From an uncultured virus (IMG/VR IMGVR_UViG_3300049595_003462) (taxonomy: Duplodnaviria > Heunggongvirae > Uroviricota > Caudoviricetes), in the IMG/VR virus record IMGVR_UViG_3300049595_003462: 64,000 bases of DNA. One strand, given 5' to 3'. Both the position numbers and the translations under genes were made by a program. The notes beneath the pieces were generated by a model. It did no database searches. It had not been told where the DNA came from and saw only the letters and a list, made by a program, of their open reading frames with translations. This document shows, one piece after another, positions 21,511 to 31,579 of the stretch. Position 1 is the stretch's first letter. Every line of letters starts with the position of its first letter.

Positions 21511-22317
21511 ATGAACGAAAAATTATCACTATCAATCATACTACCTATCAAATCATCAAAATCTAGAGATTTTAATGACTATTTTGAAAAGGCAATAACC
21601 TCAATTAAATCACAAACTGTTGATATTGAAGAGTTAATAATTGTACACACATCTGAAGAATCATTAGTTAACCATTTAAATGGTTATGATTTTGGAGATA
21701 TAAATGTTACAAAATTATTATGGGATAAAGAACCTAGTTATGCAGAACAAGTTAATTTTGGGGTTAAAAACGCAAAAGGTATTTGGGTTTCATTATTTGA
21801 ATTTGATGATGAATACTCGTCAATATGGTTTAAAAATGTTAAAAAATACATTGGTTCATATCCTGAAACTCAAGTATTTTTACCTGTGGTTGTTGAAACG
21901 GACGAAAAAGGTTTATTTGCCGGTTTTACCAATGAAGCAACCTTTGCGGCAAACTTTAGTCAAGAAATGGGATTTTTAACTAATGAAACTTTACAAGACT
22001 ATCAAAATTTCCAAACAGCAGGCGCTGTTATTAAAAAACAAGTTATTGAAGACTTTGGAGGTTTTAAACCCTCAATCAAGTTAACGTTTGTTTATGAGTT
22101 TTTATTAAGATTAACCTACAATTCTGTATCAATTATGACAATACCTAGACTTGGGTATAAACACACCAACATGAGAGAAGGTTCAATTTTTTGGAATTAT
22201 AAGTTTGGTGAAAACAAAATGTTAGAAGACGAAGTTAAATTTTGGGTTCAAACTGCAAAAAAAGAATTTTTCTTTGTTGACGATAGGGTCATAAAATATC
22301 AATCAGAAAATGGATAA
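21511..22317 (+). CDS. Glycosyltransferase (GT2-like)
   Basis: LSIILP, VNFGV, FEFDDEY, FGGFK; start at ATG 21511. Confidence 0.7.
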   Translation: MNEKLSLSIILPIKSSKSRDFNDYFEKAITSIKSQTVDIEELIIVHTSEESLVNHLNGYDFGDINVTKLLWDKEPSYAEQVNFGVKNAKGIWVSLFEFDDEYSSIWFKNVKKYIGSYPETQVFLPVVVETDEKGLFAGFTNEATFAANFSQEMGFLTNETLQDYQNFQTAGAVIKKQVIEDFGGFKPSIKLTFVYEFLLRLTYNSVSIMTIPRLGYKHTNMREGSIFWNYKFGENKMLEDEVKFWVQTAKKEFFFVDDRVIKYQSENG

Positions 22318-23066
22318 TGCAAGAAACTCTATCTGCAACAACAGAAGATGTTTCATCTAAAAAAAGGGGTAGGAAAACGGTAAATATAAATTATTTTGAT
22401 GTTAGAGAAGAGACCGCAGTAAGAAATTTTTTATTGGCAGAAACTTCAGAAGAGAAGAACAAAATATATAACGAATTCTTAAGAGGTCCTTTAGATAAGA
22501 TGATATCATCTATTATTAGACGATATAAGTTATATCGTAAAGATATGGATTTTACTGAAATCCATTGTGATACTCATTCATTCTTAATGACCAAGGTTGA
22601 CAAATTTAAACCTTCAAAGGAAAAAAAAGCATATTCTTATTTTGGAACTATTTGTAAAAATTACTTAATGGGTCAAATAATAAAAGACCAAAAAGAAACT
22701 AACAGAAAAGTTTCTTATGAGGATATGTCAGAAAGTATTGAGGAAAGACCTGATATGATGTATCGTATTGATGACGACGTAGTTGACACTAGTATTATAA
22801 TTACAGAATATCTAAAAGAATTAAAGGATTTTATTGAGGGGGAAAATTTAAATGATAATGAAAAAAAATTAGGATACGCATTAATTGATTTATTCGATAA
22901 TTACGAATCCATATTCTCAGGTGCTAATAATAATAAGTTTAATAAAAATATTATTCTTTTGTCTTTAAGAGAAATGACAAATTTAAGTACAAAAGAAATT
23001 CGTAGCTCAATGAAAAGATTCAAAAAGTTGTATATTTTCATTCAAAGTAAAATGAAAACCGATTAA
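22317..23066 (+). CDS. RNA polymerase sigma factor, T4 gp55-like (late transcription)
   Basis: Region-2-like KVDKFKPSKEKKAYSYFGTICKNYL; sits at the boundary before the late genes. Confidence 0.7.
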   Translation: MQETLSATTEDVSSKKRGRKTVNINYFDVREETAVRNFLLAETSEEKNKIYNEFLRGPLDKMISSIIRRYKLYRKDMDFTEIHCDTHSFLMTKVDKFKPSKEKKAYSYFGTICKNYLMGQIIKDQKETNRKVSYEDMSESIEERPDMMYRIDDDVVDTSIIITEYLKELKDFIEGENLNDNEKKLGYALIDLFDNYESIFSGANNNKFNKNIILLSLREMTNLSTKEIRSSMKRFKKLYIFIQSKMKTD

Positions 23067-23070
23067 AAAG

Positions 23071-23078
23071 TATTTATA
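23071..23078 (+). promoter_or_regulatory. TATTTATA late motif
   Basis: 3 nt before ATG 23082. Confidence 0.6.
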
Positions 23079-23081
23079 GAT

Positions 23082-23450
23082 ATGCCTAGACCACAACGTA
23101 AAGAAATTAATTTTAGTAAAGATTCAATATTGTCTTTAATGCAAGAAATCTATAATGAACTTGTAGAACAAAGACAAACTGCAATTAGGATTCAAAATAA
23201 AATGCTTTCAATGTTAAAAGACCCTAATGACATGATGACTATTGGTCCAGTAATTGAAAAACAACAAAAAATTGTAAATGATTGCGTTGAGAAAAAAATT
23301 AGTCTATCTAAATTACAATCAAGTATTTGGGAAAAATCTAATAACAACAATAACGAATCGTTTTCTCTTGCAGATTTAGATGATGACCTTATTCAAAATT
23401 TAATTGATAAGGATGTTTCTAATGATGAAGAAACTTATAAAATGAGGTAA
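23082..23450 (+). CDS. Hypothetical protein
   Basis: 122 aa, coiled-coil-like. Confidence 0.6.
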   Translation: MPRPQRKEINFSKDSILSLMQEIYNELVEQRQTAIRIQNKMLSMLKDPNDMMTIGPVIEKQQKIVNDCVEKKISLSKLQSSIWEKSNNNNNESFSLADLDDDLIQNLIDKDVSNDEETYKMR

Positions 23451-23455
23451 TAATA

Positions 23456-25552
23456 ATGGCGGATTTAAATCAGAGTTTTGATAGTGCTAAAAGCCAAATA
23501 AACTCAATCAAAACTTATAAGGAGATTTCTGCTGGAGAAAAACAATTAAAACGTTCTGCAGGAAATTCATTTGCACAATCTACCGCAAGCTTAAACACAT
23601 CTTTAGATAAGATATCAAATCAACAAAAAAGATATTTAAGGGACCAACCAACTTCTTTTAACCAACTTTTAGAATTAATTAATATTACAAATGGTAGCGG
23701 ATTGAGTTCTCTTGTTTATTTAAAAAGAAAACTTTTAGAAGTCGTTGTAAAGATAGAGCCTCAAATTCAACAAATAATCGGTGATGCAGCAATAAAGGCA
23801 TTAGGTTGCTCTCAAGAACAAACATTTAATGGTTACGATAAACTAAATTTACAGGTAAATCCCCTAACTACACTTCCTGCGGGTGAAGGGATATATGTAC
23901 CCGTACAATCTATAGATTTAGGTTCATTATTAAAAACACCTGTCGATAGTAAGTTAGGTAAAATTTCGTATGAAAAGCCAGAACCTAATGTTACATCTGG
24001 TGTTTTTAGACCTTATTCAGGTCCATTACCATACCCGATGAATAAGGAATTAAATCTTAGAATGGAGGACTCAAATTTAAATCGTTCATACTACCAAGAA
24101 TATGGTAAATATTACCAAGGAACTTCTGGATTAGATTTATTTGATTTTGCTTATTCTCCAACAAATCAGTATGGTGTTAATCAAGATTGTTACAGAGTGG
24201 CTCTAATTAATAAACCAGCGAACAGTTTAACAACTGCTGGTGTAACGGAAGGTGAGCCTGTAAATAAAGTAGGTGAGTTTTTAAAAGATTATTATTCCAC
24301 GATAAAATTAATAGATAGTGTTGATGTTGCGGAATCTTTAGTGAATATTATTTCGGGAGCTATAAGCATTAATTCTAATTTAAGTGCTCAAGAAATATCA
24401 CAAGGTACTAAATTTTCATTAATTATTCAAAGGATTTTAGGTCTTTGTTTTGATAGTAGAAGAGAAATAGATGTTAGTGGCATTTCAAAAGTCGCGGAAT
24501 TAGATGGTGTTGATGATAGTTTCTTTGAATTAACTGAAGTTGATTTAAGAACTATAGATATAAGGATCTCTAACATTCAAAATGGTGTTATGGAATTTGA
24601 AGATTGTGAAAACGTTAAATTACCTGTTGATTATGAGACATTAATCGATGAATTGGGTAGATTTAGAGATGTATCAGACACATTAAATTTAGATGGACAG
24701 GTAAATGCTATGAGTAGTATTTTAGATACCATATATCAAAACCCTGATTGGCAAGCCTTTTTACCAACAAACTTTAATTTAGAGGTTGCGGTAAATAAAG
24801 AAATATTAAATCAAATACCTTTGGCGGTTGCATCATCTATACTTAGTCCAAAAGTGTTATTACCAATTTTTACTTTATTACAGGTTGTTGAGGGTGACGC
24901 TAAAAACAACTATAATCAAAATATAACTTCGGCGAATAACATAGTTCAATCAGGTAATACATCACTTGGTGGCGTTAATAATATTGTTAATAATTCAACA
25001 GATTTTTTGGTTGCGTTTAGAAGTTTTAATATTGAAGTTATTTCTAAAATAGGTGCGATTTTTTTAAAAACTTTGTATGATATTTTAAAAAGAGATATTT
25101 TAAATCTTGTTACTTCAGTAATTGCAGATATCTCAAAATCTGCGAGATTAAAAAAATACGCAATAATATTAAGATTAGTTAATATTCTTTTAATATTAGC
25201 TCAATTAGTCGACGATTATAGAAAATGTAAGTCATTAATAACTGATATATTATTATTGTTAAAAACAATATTTGGTAGGTCAGATGGTTCAATTCCAATG
25301 CCCTTACTATTATTAACACAATTCTTACCAGGTACTTCACCTGAAAGATCGACAATAAATACAATTGAATTATTACAGTCGGTTGGTATTCCAACAGGAA
25401 CTTTACCTGATGGTTCACCAAATTTAATGGGTATTTATAATTTAATGACACATAAAGGTGCGGATAAAGAAGCCGCAGAAAACAGTAAAGGAGAAGGTGT
25501 TGTAATAACTACAGGTCCTGGTATATTTAGAGTTTTTGTAAAAAATAGATAA
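23456..25552 (+). CDS. Large hypothetical, probable virion/baseplate-region protein
   Basis: 698 aa in a late operon, hydrophobic helices near the C-terminus. Confidence 0.55.
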   Translation: MADLNQSFDSAKSQINSIKTYKEISAGEKQLKRSAGNSFAQSTASLNTSLDKISNQQKRYLRDQPTSFNQLLELINITNGSGLSSLVYLKRKLLEVVVKIEPQIQQIIGDAAIKALGCSQEQTFNGYDKLNLQVNPLTTLPAGEGIYVPVQSIDLGSLLKTPVDSKLGKISYEKPEPNVTSGVFRPYSGPLPYPMNKELNLRMEDSNLNRSYYQEYGKYYQGTSGLDLFDFAYSPTNQYGVNQDCYRVALINKPANSLTTAGVTEGEPVNKVGEFLKDYYSTIKLIDSVDVAESLVNIISGAISINSNLSAQEISQGTKFSLIIQRILGLCFDSRREIDVSGISKVAELDGVDDSFFELTEVDLRTIDIRISNIQNGVMEFEDCENVKLPVDYETLIDELGRFRDVSDTLNLDGQVNAMSSILDTIYQNPDWQAFLPTNFNLEVAVNKEILNQIPLAVASSILSPKVLLPIFTLLQVVEGDAKNNYNQNITSANNIVQSGNTSLGGVNNIVNNSTDFLVAFRSFNIEVISKIGAIFLKTLYDILKRDILNLVTSVIADISKSARLKKYAIILRLVNILLILAQLVDDYRKCKSLITDILLLLKTIFGRSDGSIPMPLLLLTQFLPGTSPERSTINTIELLQSVGIPTGTLPDGSPNLMGIYNLMTHKGADKEAAENSKGEGVVITTGPGIFRVFVKNR

Positions 25553-25764
25553 TGAAAAAAGAAGAATTTGACGAAATACTAAAAGATTTAGGTGATATAA
25601 AAAATGTCCCTAATAGTAAGTTAATTGATGATATGGATAAATTAACCACAGATTTTGAATTAACTAAAAATAACATAATTAATTTAACCGTTTATTTGGA
25701 TAATGTTGAAGAATTATACAATAAAATATTAGACGAATATCAATCAAGAACCAATGGAAGATAA
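25552..25764 (+). CDS. Hypothetical protein
   Basis: 70 aa, overlaps both neighbours. Confidence 0.55.
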   Translation: MKKEEFDEILKDLGDIKNVPNSKLIDDMDKLTTDFELTKNNIINLTVYLDNVEELYNKILDEYQSRTNGR

Positions 25765-27292
25765 CTCAATATTTTTTCAAGCTCAAGTAATTGATAATGT
25801 AGACCCGATGATGTTGGGCCGTATTAGAGCCAAGTTACTAATTGACAACTACAATGATATTATAAAAAGTATTAATGACCCAATATGGAACGAAGAAAAA
25901 GATAAATGGACAGCAAGAGACCCATTTGTATTTAATCCTTTGATGCCGTATTTTATGTATCAAGTTCCGTTAATAGATGAATTAACACAGATAATTTATG
26001 TTAATAAAGATTTTAAATTTTTAAATCAATATTACATACAAAGTACTTTTTCAAGTCCGACAACAACAAAGTTTGAGTACTATGTTGGTGGAAATAAATT
26101 TACAGGAACAGGTAGTCAATTAACCGCACCAAAACCATTAAAAAATCAAGACGGTACTTTTACAGACCAAGCGGTTCACAGAGGAGTATTCCCTGAACCA
26201 GGGGATAATGGTATTTTAGGCCGTGGTAGTGCCGATTTAATTATAAAACAAGATGAAGTATTATTAAGGGCGGGTAAATTTAGGGGTTCATCTCTTGAAC
26301 CAAATATACCACCAGTAGGTAACCCTAAAAGAGGATTTTTACAACTATCAAGATTTGGATTAAGAAAACAAAAACAACCTGATAAAATAATAACTCAACT
26401 TAATGAAGTTGTGGTTCAAGTTAATTATTTAATTGAATGGGTTATAACTAATCCTGAAAATACTCAAGAAAAATTTGCAGGTGCTGTTTATCTGTATAAA
26501 TTAAAAAGTGATTTATCTACAAATTCTAAAAACTTAACAGTCGATACTGTTGTAAAAGAAAATTTAAAATCATTAATTGCCTCAGAATCATTTAGTTTAT
26601 TATCTAAAACTGAAGTTATAGCATTTATTAATAATTTTATTCAAACTTGTAATAATTCAAATGTTACAAAATCAGGAATTCAATTATTCACAGATTCTAA
26701 CAATAAGTTTCCAATTTTTTATAGACCAAATAATTTAACTTACTCAATCATGAAATCATCTGTACCTACTTCAGGTACAACCGAAAATTCAGATGCGTCA
26801 ATAAAAAACGTAACCGATATTTACAACCAAATAAAATTAAAACCAGCACTTAGGGTTGGTGGTTATGGTTTAATTTACGCCAAAGATATGGTTGGTACTC
26901 CATTAAATACAACATCAACTACCGTACCTCAATCAGCATATTATGCGGACCCAACAACTTATGGTGCAATAGCTAGTGATTATTTATTCTTGTTATCCCA
27001 TAACTCATCAATACCTGGAAAAGGTAAGATTAATTTTGATAATACATTATATGGTATTTCGTTAGATCAATTTGTTGACGAAATAACCCCAAAAACTTCA
27101 AGTTTAGTTAGAGGTGAAGAGTTATTAGAGTTAATTAATATGATTGTTAGATTCTTAACCACACACACTCACGCGTATCCAGGATTACCTCCAGTATCGG
27201 TAACTCAAGATGGGTCAAACATTCCAGATATGTTAACTGAACTTCAAAATGCGTATACAAAAATTCTTAATAACAATATCCGACTTAATTGA
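25754..27292 (+). CDS. Baseplate hub/spike protein, gp5/VgrG-like
   Basis: N-terminal VIDNVDPMMLGRIRA OB-fold motif; C-terminal THTH spike-tip motif. Confidence 0.65.
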   Translation: MEDNSIFFQAQVIDNVDPMMLGRIRAKLLIDNYNDIIKSINDPIWNEEKDKWTARDPFVFNPLMPYFMYQVPLIDELTQIIYVNKDFKFLNQYYIQSTFSSPTTTKFEYYVGGNKFTGTGSQLTAPKPLKNQDGTFTDQAVHRGVFPEPGDNGILGRGSADLIIKQDEVLLRAGKFRGSSLEPNIPPVGNPKRGFLQLSRFGLRKQKQPDKIITQLNEVVVQVNYLIEWVITNPENTQEKFAGAVYLYKLKSDLSTNSKNLTVDTVVKENLKSLIASESFSLLSKTEVIAFINNFIQTCNNSNVTKSGIQLFTDSNNKFPIFYRPNNLTYSIMKSSVPTSGTTENSDASIKNVTDIYNQIKLKPALRVGGYGLIYAKDMVGTPLNTTSTTVPQSAYYADPTTYGAIASDYLFLLSHNSSIPGKGKINFDNTLYGISLDQFVDEITPKTSSLVRGEELLELINMIVRFLTTHTHAYPGLPPVSVTQDGSNIPDMLTELQNAYTKILNNNIRLN

Positions 27293-27311
27293 TATTTATA
27301 AATAAAAATTA

Positions 27312-28832
27312 ATGTCAATTTTAAGGTCATACGTAGATAAGAATAATACCATTCAATCAAACTCATACGTCAATACTGGTAGAAACCCCATTATTGAGTT
27401 AAATTTTGGTTCATCTGATTTCATTGTTCCAAATTATGGTTATAGTAGATTACTATTTAATTTGGATTTAGAATTATTGAGGGAAAACATTACGTCAGGC
27501 GTAATATCAACAGGATGTACAACAGGAATGACTCACGTTCTTAGTATGACAAATACGTCATCATTTGATAATGAACTGTTAAACACATTCATGTCAAATG
27601 AAAGAAGAAGAGCAACTTCATTTGATTTAATATTATTTAGAATACCAAAAACATCAGGTAGTACAGGAAACCCACAAGATTGGGATGAAGGTGTTGGATT
27701 TGATTATAACGATTCTAATCTTAATCAAAATAGTCCTAATGGTGGTTCTACACCAATTACTTATGTTGATAGTAGAGCGTTCTCAACTCGACCATCAAAT
27801 TGGTACCAAACTACTACTCTTGACACTTGGTCTCAACCAGGTGTATATGATAACAAAAATGAAGGTTCCGTAAATTTCTCAGGTCTGACTATTGTTGCAA
27901 GACAACATTTTGAACTTGGAAATGAAAATATTAACATGGACATGACCAATGAAATAAATGGTATATTAAATGGTACAATAACTGGAGTTACAGGTTGGGG
28001 TGTTGCATATCTACCACAAATTGAAAACATTACAGGTTTAACTGACAGTTATAGTGTTGCATTCTTTTCAAGACATACTCAAACATTTTATCAACCATTC
28101 CTTCAAACAACATATGACGATTTAATTAAAGACAATAGAACTTTATTTTTGAAGAGTCAAGAAAACAAACTCTATTTGTATGTTTATCAAAATGGTGACT
28201 ATAAAAACTTAGATTCAAACCCTGTTGTTAGAATTGAAGACCGAAACGGTGATGCGGTTGCGGGTATGGCAACATTATCAACTTGTTTAAGAACAAAGGG
28301 AATCTATGAGGTAATCGTTCCAAATGGGTTTTCAGGTTCACCAACACCATGTCAATATTACGATATATGGTCAGGTTTAACAATTAATGGACAGCCATTA
28401 CCAAATGTTACAAATCAATTTACATTACAACAGTATAGTGCTGGCATTCACATAGGTTCAACTTCAAAAGAACCTGAGATATATGGATTTAATTTTTACG
28501 GTATATTACAAGATGAAAAAATACTAAATTCAGATATCAGAAAAGTTGGGGTTACAATTAAAAAGGCATACACTGGTCAAGTTTTATTACAAGATATTTC
28601 AGCATTCTATAGAGTTTATGTTAGAGAAGGAACAACTGAAGTATTAGTTCAAGATTGGACTCCAATTAATAGAACACCAAACGAGTATTACTTTATATTT
28701 GATATGAGAGATAAAATACCTAATCAATATTATGTTGATATTCAAGTGAATACTTCTGGTGAGAAAGATACTTATAAGAAACAATTAACCTTTAACATAG
28801 TAAATAAAAAACAAAATTATCCTACAATATAA
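27312..28832 (+). CDS. Probable virion structural protein
   Basis: 506 aa, T/N/G-rich; TATTTATA at 27293-27300. Confidence 0.6.
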   Translation: MSILRSYVDKNNTIQSNSYVNTGRNPIIELNFGSSDFIVPNYGYSRLLFNLDLELLRENITSGVISTGCTTGMTHVLSMTNTSSFDNELLNTFMSNERRRATSFDLILFRIPKTSGSTGNPQDWDEGVGFDYNDSNLNQNSPNGGSTPITYVDSRAFSTRPSNWYQTTTLDTWSQPGVYDNKNEGSVNFSGLTIVARQHFELGNENINMDMTNEINGILNGTITGVTGWGVAYLPQIENITGLTDSYSVAFFSRHTQTFYQPFLQTTYDDLIKDNRTLFLKSQENKLYLYVYQNGDYKNLDSNPVVRIEDRNGDAVAGMATLSTCLRTKGIYEVIVPNGFSGSPTPCQYYDIWSGLTINGQPLPNVTNQFTLQQYSAGIHIGSTSKEPEIYGFNFYGILQDEKILNSDIRKVGVTIKKAYTGQVLLQDISAFYRVYVREGTTEVLVQDWTPINRTPNEYYFIFDMRDKIPNQYYVDIQVNTSGEKDTYKKQLTFNIVNKKQNYPTI

Positions 28833-29299
28833 TGAAAACAGTTAAATTAACAGAATCAGATATCACAAGATTAGTTACAAGAGTATTATCTGAACAAGAA
28901 GTTGAAAATGCAAACTATATGTTCTTTTCTAATTTAAAGCAAATGAAAAGACAAATTGAAATGATTATGGAAATGGACCCTAACATGATTGATGATATTA
29001 TTCAAAATGGTCATGATTGGGCTGATGACCACATCTCAGAAGCAAAAACAAATATGGACCAAGTATTTGATTTCTTAAAAAATGAAATGGATAAGGAATC
29101 ACAATATGTGGATTATGAAGAAATGACTGAAGGTAGAAAAAAAACAGGTACACCTTTATGTGCTAGAGGTAAAGCGTCCGCAAAGGCTAAGTACGATGTC
29201 TACCCTAGTGCATATAGTAATGGTCACGCCGTTCAAGTTTGTAAAGGAAAAATTAAAGGGTTGGACGGTAAAAAACATTGTTCAGGAGCTTATTGTTAA
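28832..29299 (+). CDS. Probable internal head protein
   Basis: N-terminal MKTVKLTESDITRLVTRVLSEQ; basic Cys-containing C-domain (CARGK..YPSAY). Confidence 0.6.
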   Translation: MKTVKLTESDITRLVTRVLSEQEVENANYMFFSNLKQMKRQIEMIMEMDPNMIDDIIQNGHDWADDHISEAKTNMDQVFDFLKNEMDKESQYVDYEEMTEGRKKTGTPLCARGKASAKAKYDVYPSAYSNGHAVQVCKGKIKGLDGKKHCSGAYC

Positions 29300-29304
29300 T
29301 ACAT

Positions 29305-29334
29305 AAAAAAAGGTTAAATATTTAACCTTTTTTT
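29305..29334. terminator. Intrinsic terminator
   Basis: A7-GGTTAA-ATAT-TTAACC-T7 inverted repeat. Confidence 0.75.
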
Positions 29335-29367
29335 ATGCACTTTAATTATATCCATATATTTATATCT

Positions 29368-29856
29368 ATGGGAATACAAAAAACATGTAAAATTTGCGGA
29401 GAAACAAAAACTGAGGAAGATTTTTATAAATCACAAAGAGCATTAAAATGTAAAGAATGTACTTTAAACATAACTAGAGAATATAAAAGAGAAAAAAGAA
29501 AAAATTTAGATTTCAGAAAATCTGAAGGGATTAAACAAAAAGAAAGACGAGTTAGATTATGGCAAAATACATTAATAAACGATAGTAAAAGAAATGAAGA
29601 ACATACTTTAACTGTTAAAGATATTAATGAAATGTATGAAAAACAAAATGGACTATGTTATTGGTTTAATGTCCCATTAATACCCTCAAATTGTTCAAAA
29701 CATCCACAACAACCATCATTAGACAGAATAGATAGAAATAAAGGGTATACAAAAAATAATGTAGTTTTAACTTGTTATTCTGCAAATATAGGTAGAAATG
29801 AAAATGACGTTGAGACATGGAAAAATTTTTTATTGTTATTGTTTAATGAGAAGTAA
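29368..29856 (+). CDS. HNH-like (homing-type) endonuclease with N-terminal Zn ribbon
   Basis: CKIC..CKEC; QNGLC..SLDRID..GY..NVVLTC..AN; start at ATG 29368 after TATTTATA 29357-29364. Confidence 0.75.
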   Translation: MGIQKTCKICGETKTEEDFYKSQRALKCKECTLNITREYKREKRKNLDFRKSEGIKQKERRVRLWQNTLINDSKRNEEHTLTVKDINEMYEKQNGLCYWFNVPLIPSNCSKHPQQPSLDRIDRNKGYTKNNVVLTCYSANIGRNENDVETWKNFLLLLFNEK

Positions 29857-29893
29857 TTTACTATCTTTGTTGTGTTATATTAATCCAACAACA

Positions 29894-30295
29894 ATGAATT
29901 CACATCTACATAAATTAAGACGACTAGTTCAAAAATGGTTTATCTCATTAGTCAGATACTCAACCCCAACTGTTGAAAAATCTGAATATGAAAGAGATTG
30001 TATTGCAATTTGTAAAAAATTAATATCAAAAGAAGACACAGTGCTTTTATTAACTCCAATTTCAAATAAAAGATACATTAGAAATGAGGAATTACAAATA
30101 TTCGTAATTCTTGAGAATAGTTCAGTAAAAGTTATTAATCATGTATATTCCTATACTGTGTTTTTAGAACAAAAACTTTGGAATAGTATTACTTTAGTGT
30201 TTGACACTGAGGTTGAAAAACGTAGAGAATCATTTGAAAAAGAGATTACTTCAAACATAAAACACTCATTACAAAACATTTTAAAAAATATTTAA
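29894..30295 (+). CDS. Hypothetical protein
   Basis: Start at ATG 29894, downstream of TATCTTTG 29862-29869. Confidence 0.6.
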   Translation: MNSHLHKLRRLVQKWFISLVRYSTPTVEKSEYERDCIAICKKLISKEDTVLLLTPISNKRYIRNEELQIFVILENSSVKVINHVYSYTVFLEQKLWNSITLVFDTEVEKRRESFEKEITSNIKHSLQNILKNI

Positions 30296-30624
30296 TGAAA
30301 AATAATAACTCATTCAATAAAACTTTTTATTTGGGATTGATAGTTCTAACCTTAACCATTTCAGTAATAACATTAGTGTTTATTAATCTATATCGTTATG
30401 TATCCCCGAAATTTAAAAATGATAAGATCGAAATTATCACCCATGAGATTAAACCTGAAAAACAAATTATTCACGATACTGTTTATATTGACAGACCTGT
30501 CATTAAAAATAACGAAAGTCCTAAAAATATTAGTGTGATAAAACCAAAAATATCACCAAAAGTTTTAACTGAGAAAGATACGGTAATTTCAGCGACAAAA
30601 AATACAACAGATTCTATTAAATAG
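30295..30624 (+). CDS. Membrane-anchored protein
   Basis: N-terminal TM helix; HDTV, KDTV and TDSI motifs. Confidence 0.6.
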   Translation: MKNNNSFNKTFYLGLIVLTLTISVITLVFINLYRYVSPKFKNDKIEIITHEIKPEKQIIHDTVYIDRPVIKNNESPKNISVIKPKISPKVLTEKDTVISATKNTTDSIK

Positions 30625-31309
30625 ATTTTTTGTATTCGTTAAGTATTGTTGTGATAGTTTCTCTTAAAGATTCATTTTTTGGTTTGTATGAGACCATGGT
30701 TGGTTTATTACCTTTACCAACTTTAGGGTCTTTTTTCTCTTCTCTTCTTTTTTGAGAGCATGCTGATTTTTTTTGAGCGTCTGTCATTTTGGAAGCAACA
30801 CCTGCGGCTCTACATTTAGGATAACCTTTAGAATCTGCCTCAGGTCTACCACACGGTGGATGACCACCACCTTCTTTTTTTCTACAAATATTAACCCAAG
30901 GACCACTAGGTTGTTTACTACCTTTTGGTTTTTTCTTTGTTCCAAACCAAACAGCCAAATCTTCTTTTAGTGGACCCACAGCTTGTTGTATAATTTTTTC
31001 AGGGTCTTCAATGTCACCAAGAACACCTCCATCCTCATCATTTTGACCAGTATAAAAACTTTTTAAATACTCATTAACTTTAGCCATAATATCCGTTTTC
31101 TTTTCAATCCTTGATCTTTCTTCAGGAGTTTCTTTAAAATCACCATCAGCTTCTTGATAAGCTAATTCGGCATTATCGTAATTATATACAGAATCTGTGA
31201 ATGGCGCAATTTGATTTTCTTTCCAAGGTTGTGGAGATAAAACTATTGGTACTTTAAACGCTCCCGCATTTGATGAACCAGTTGCTTCACTTATTCTATT
31301 TTTTTTCAT
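30617..31309 (-). CDS. Probable internal head protein with basic Cys-rich domain
   Basis: ISE, LKE, LNE motifs; WF..WVNIC..CGR..YPKC; late motif at 31320-31327. Confidence 0.6.
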   Translation of the reverse strand: MKKNRISEATGSSNAGAFKVPIVLSPQPWKENQIAPFTDSVYNYDNAELAYQEADGDFKETPEERSRIEKKTDIMAKVNEYLKSFYTGQNDEDGGVLGDIEDPEKIIQQAVGPLKEDLAVWFGTKKKPKGSKQPSGPWVNICRKKEGGGHPPCGRPEADSKGYPKCRAAGVASKMTDAQKKSACSQKRREEKKDPKVGKGNKPTMVSYKPKNESLRETITTILNEYKKSI

Positions 31310-31342
31310 ATACTTATACTATAAATATACGGATAACAGATT

Positions 31343-31549
31343 ATGGAACAACAGAAGCAACCAATTTTACATCTATTTGAAGAAGTAGCAATATACAAAC
31401 CTGAAGACATTGATAATTTGATTGATAATTTAAGTGAAGACCAATCAAAATTTATGTTAATTAGAGCAGTTCAAATGGCATACAGAAATGGTTTGTATTC
31501 TTTAACTGAATCAGAAATTATTTCTAAATCACTTAGAACGTTAAAATAA
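31343..31549 (+). CDS. Hypothetical protein
   Basis: 68 aa followed by a terminator. Confidence 0.6.
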   Translation: MEQQKQPILHLFEEVAIYKPEDIDNLIDNLSEDQSKFMLIRAVQMAYRNGLYSLTESEIISKSLRTLK

Positions 31550-31577
31550 AAAAAGGAGTCTCACGGGACTCCTTTTT
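31550..31577. terminator. Bidirectional terminator
   Basis: AAAAAGGAGTC-TCACGG-GACTCCTTTTT between convergent genes. Confidence 0.8.
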
Positions 31578-31579
31578 AT

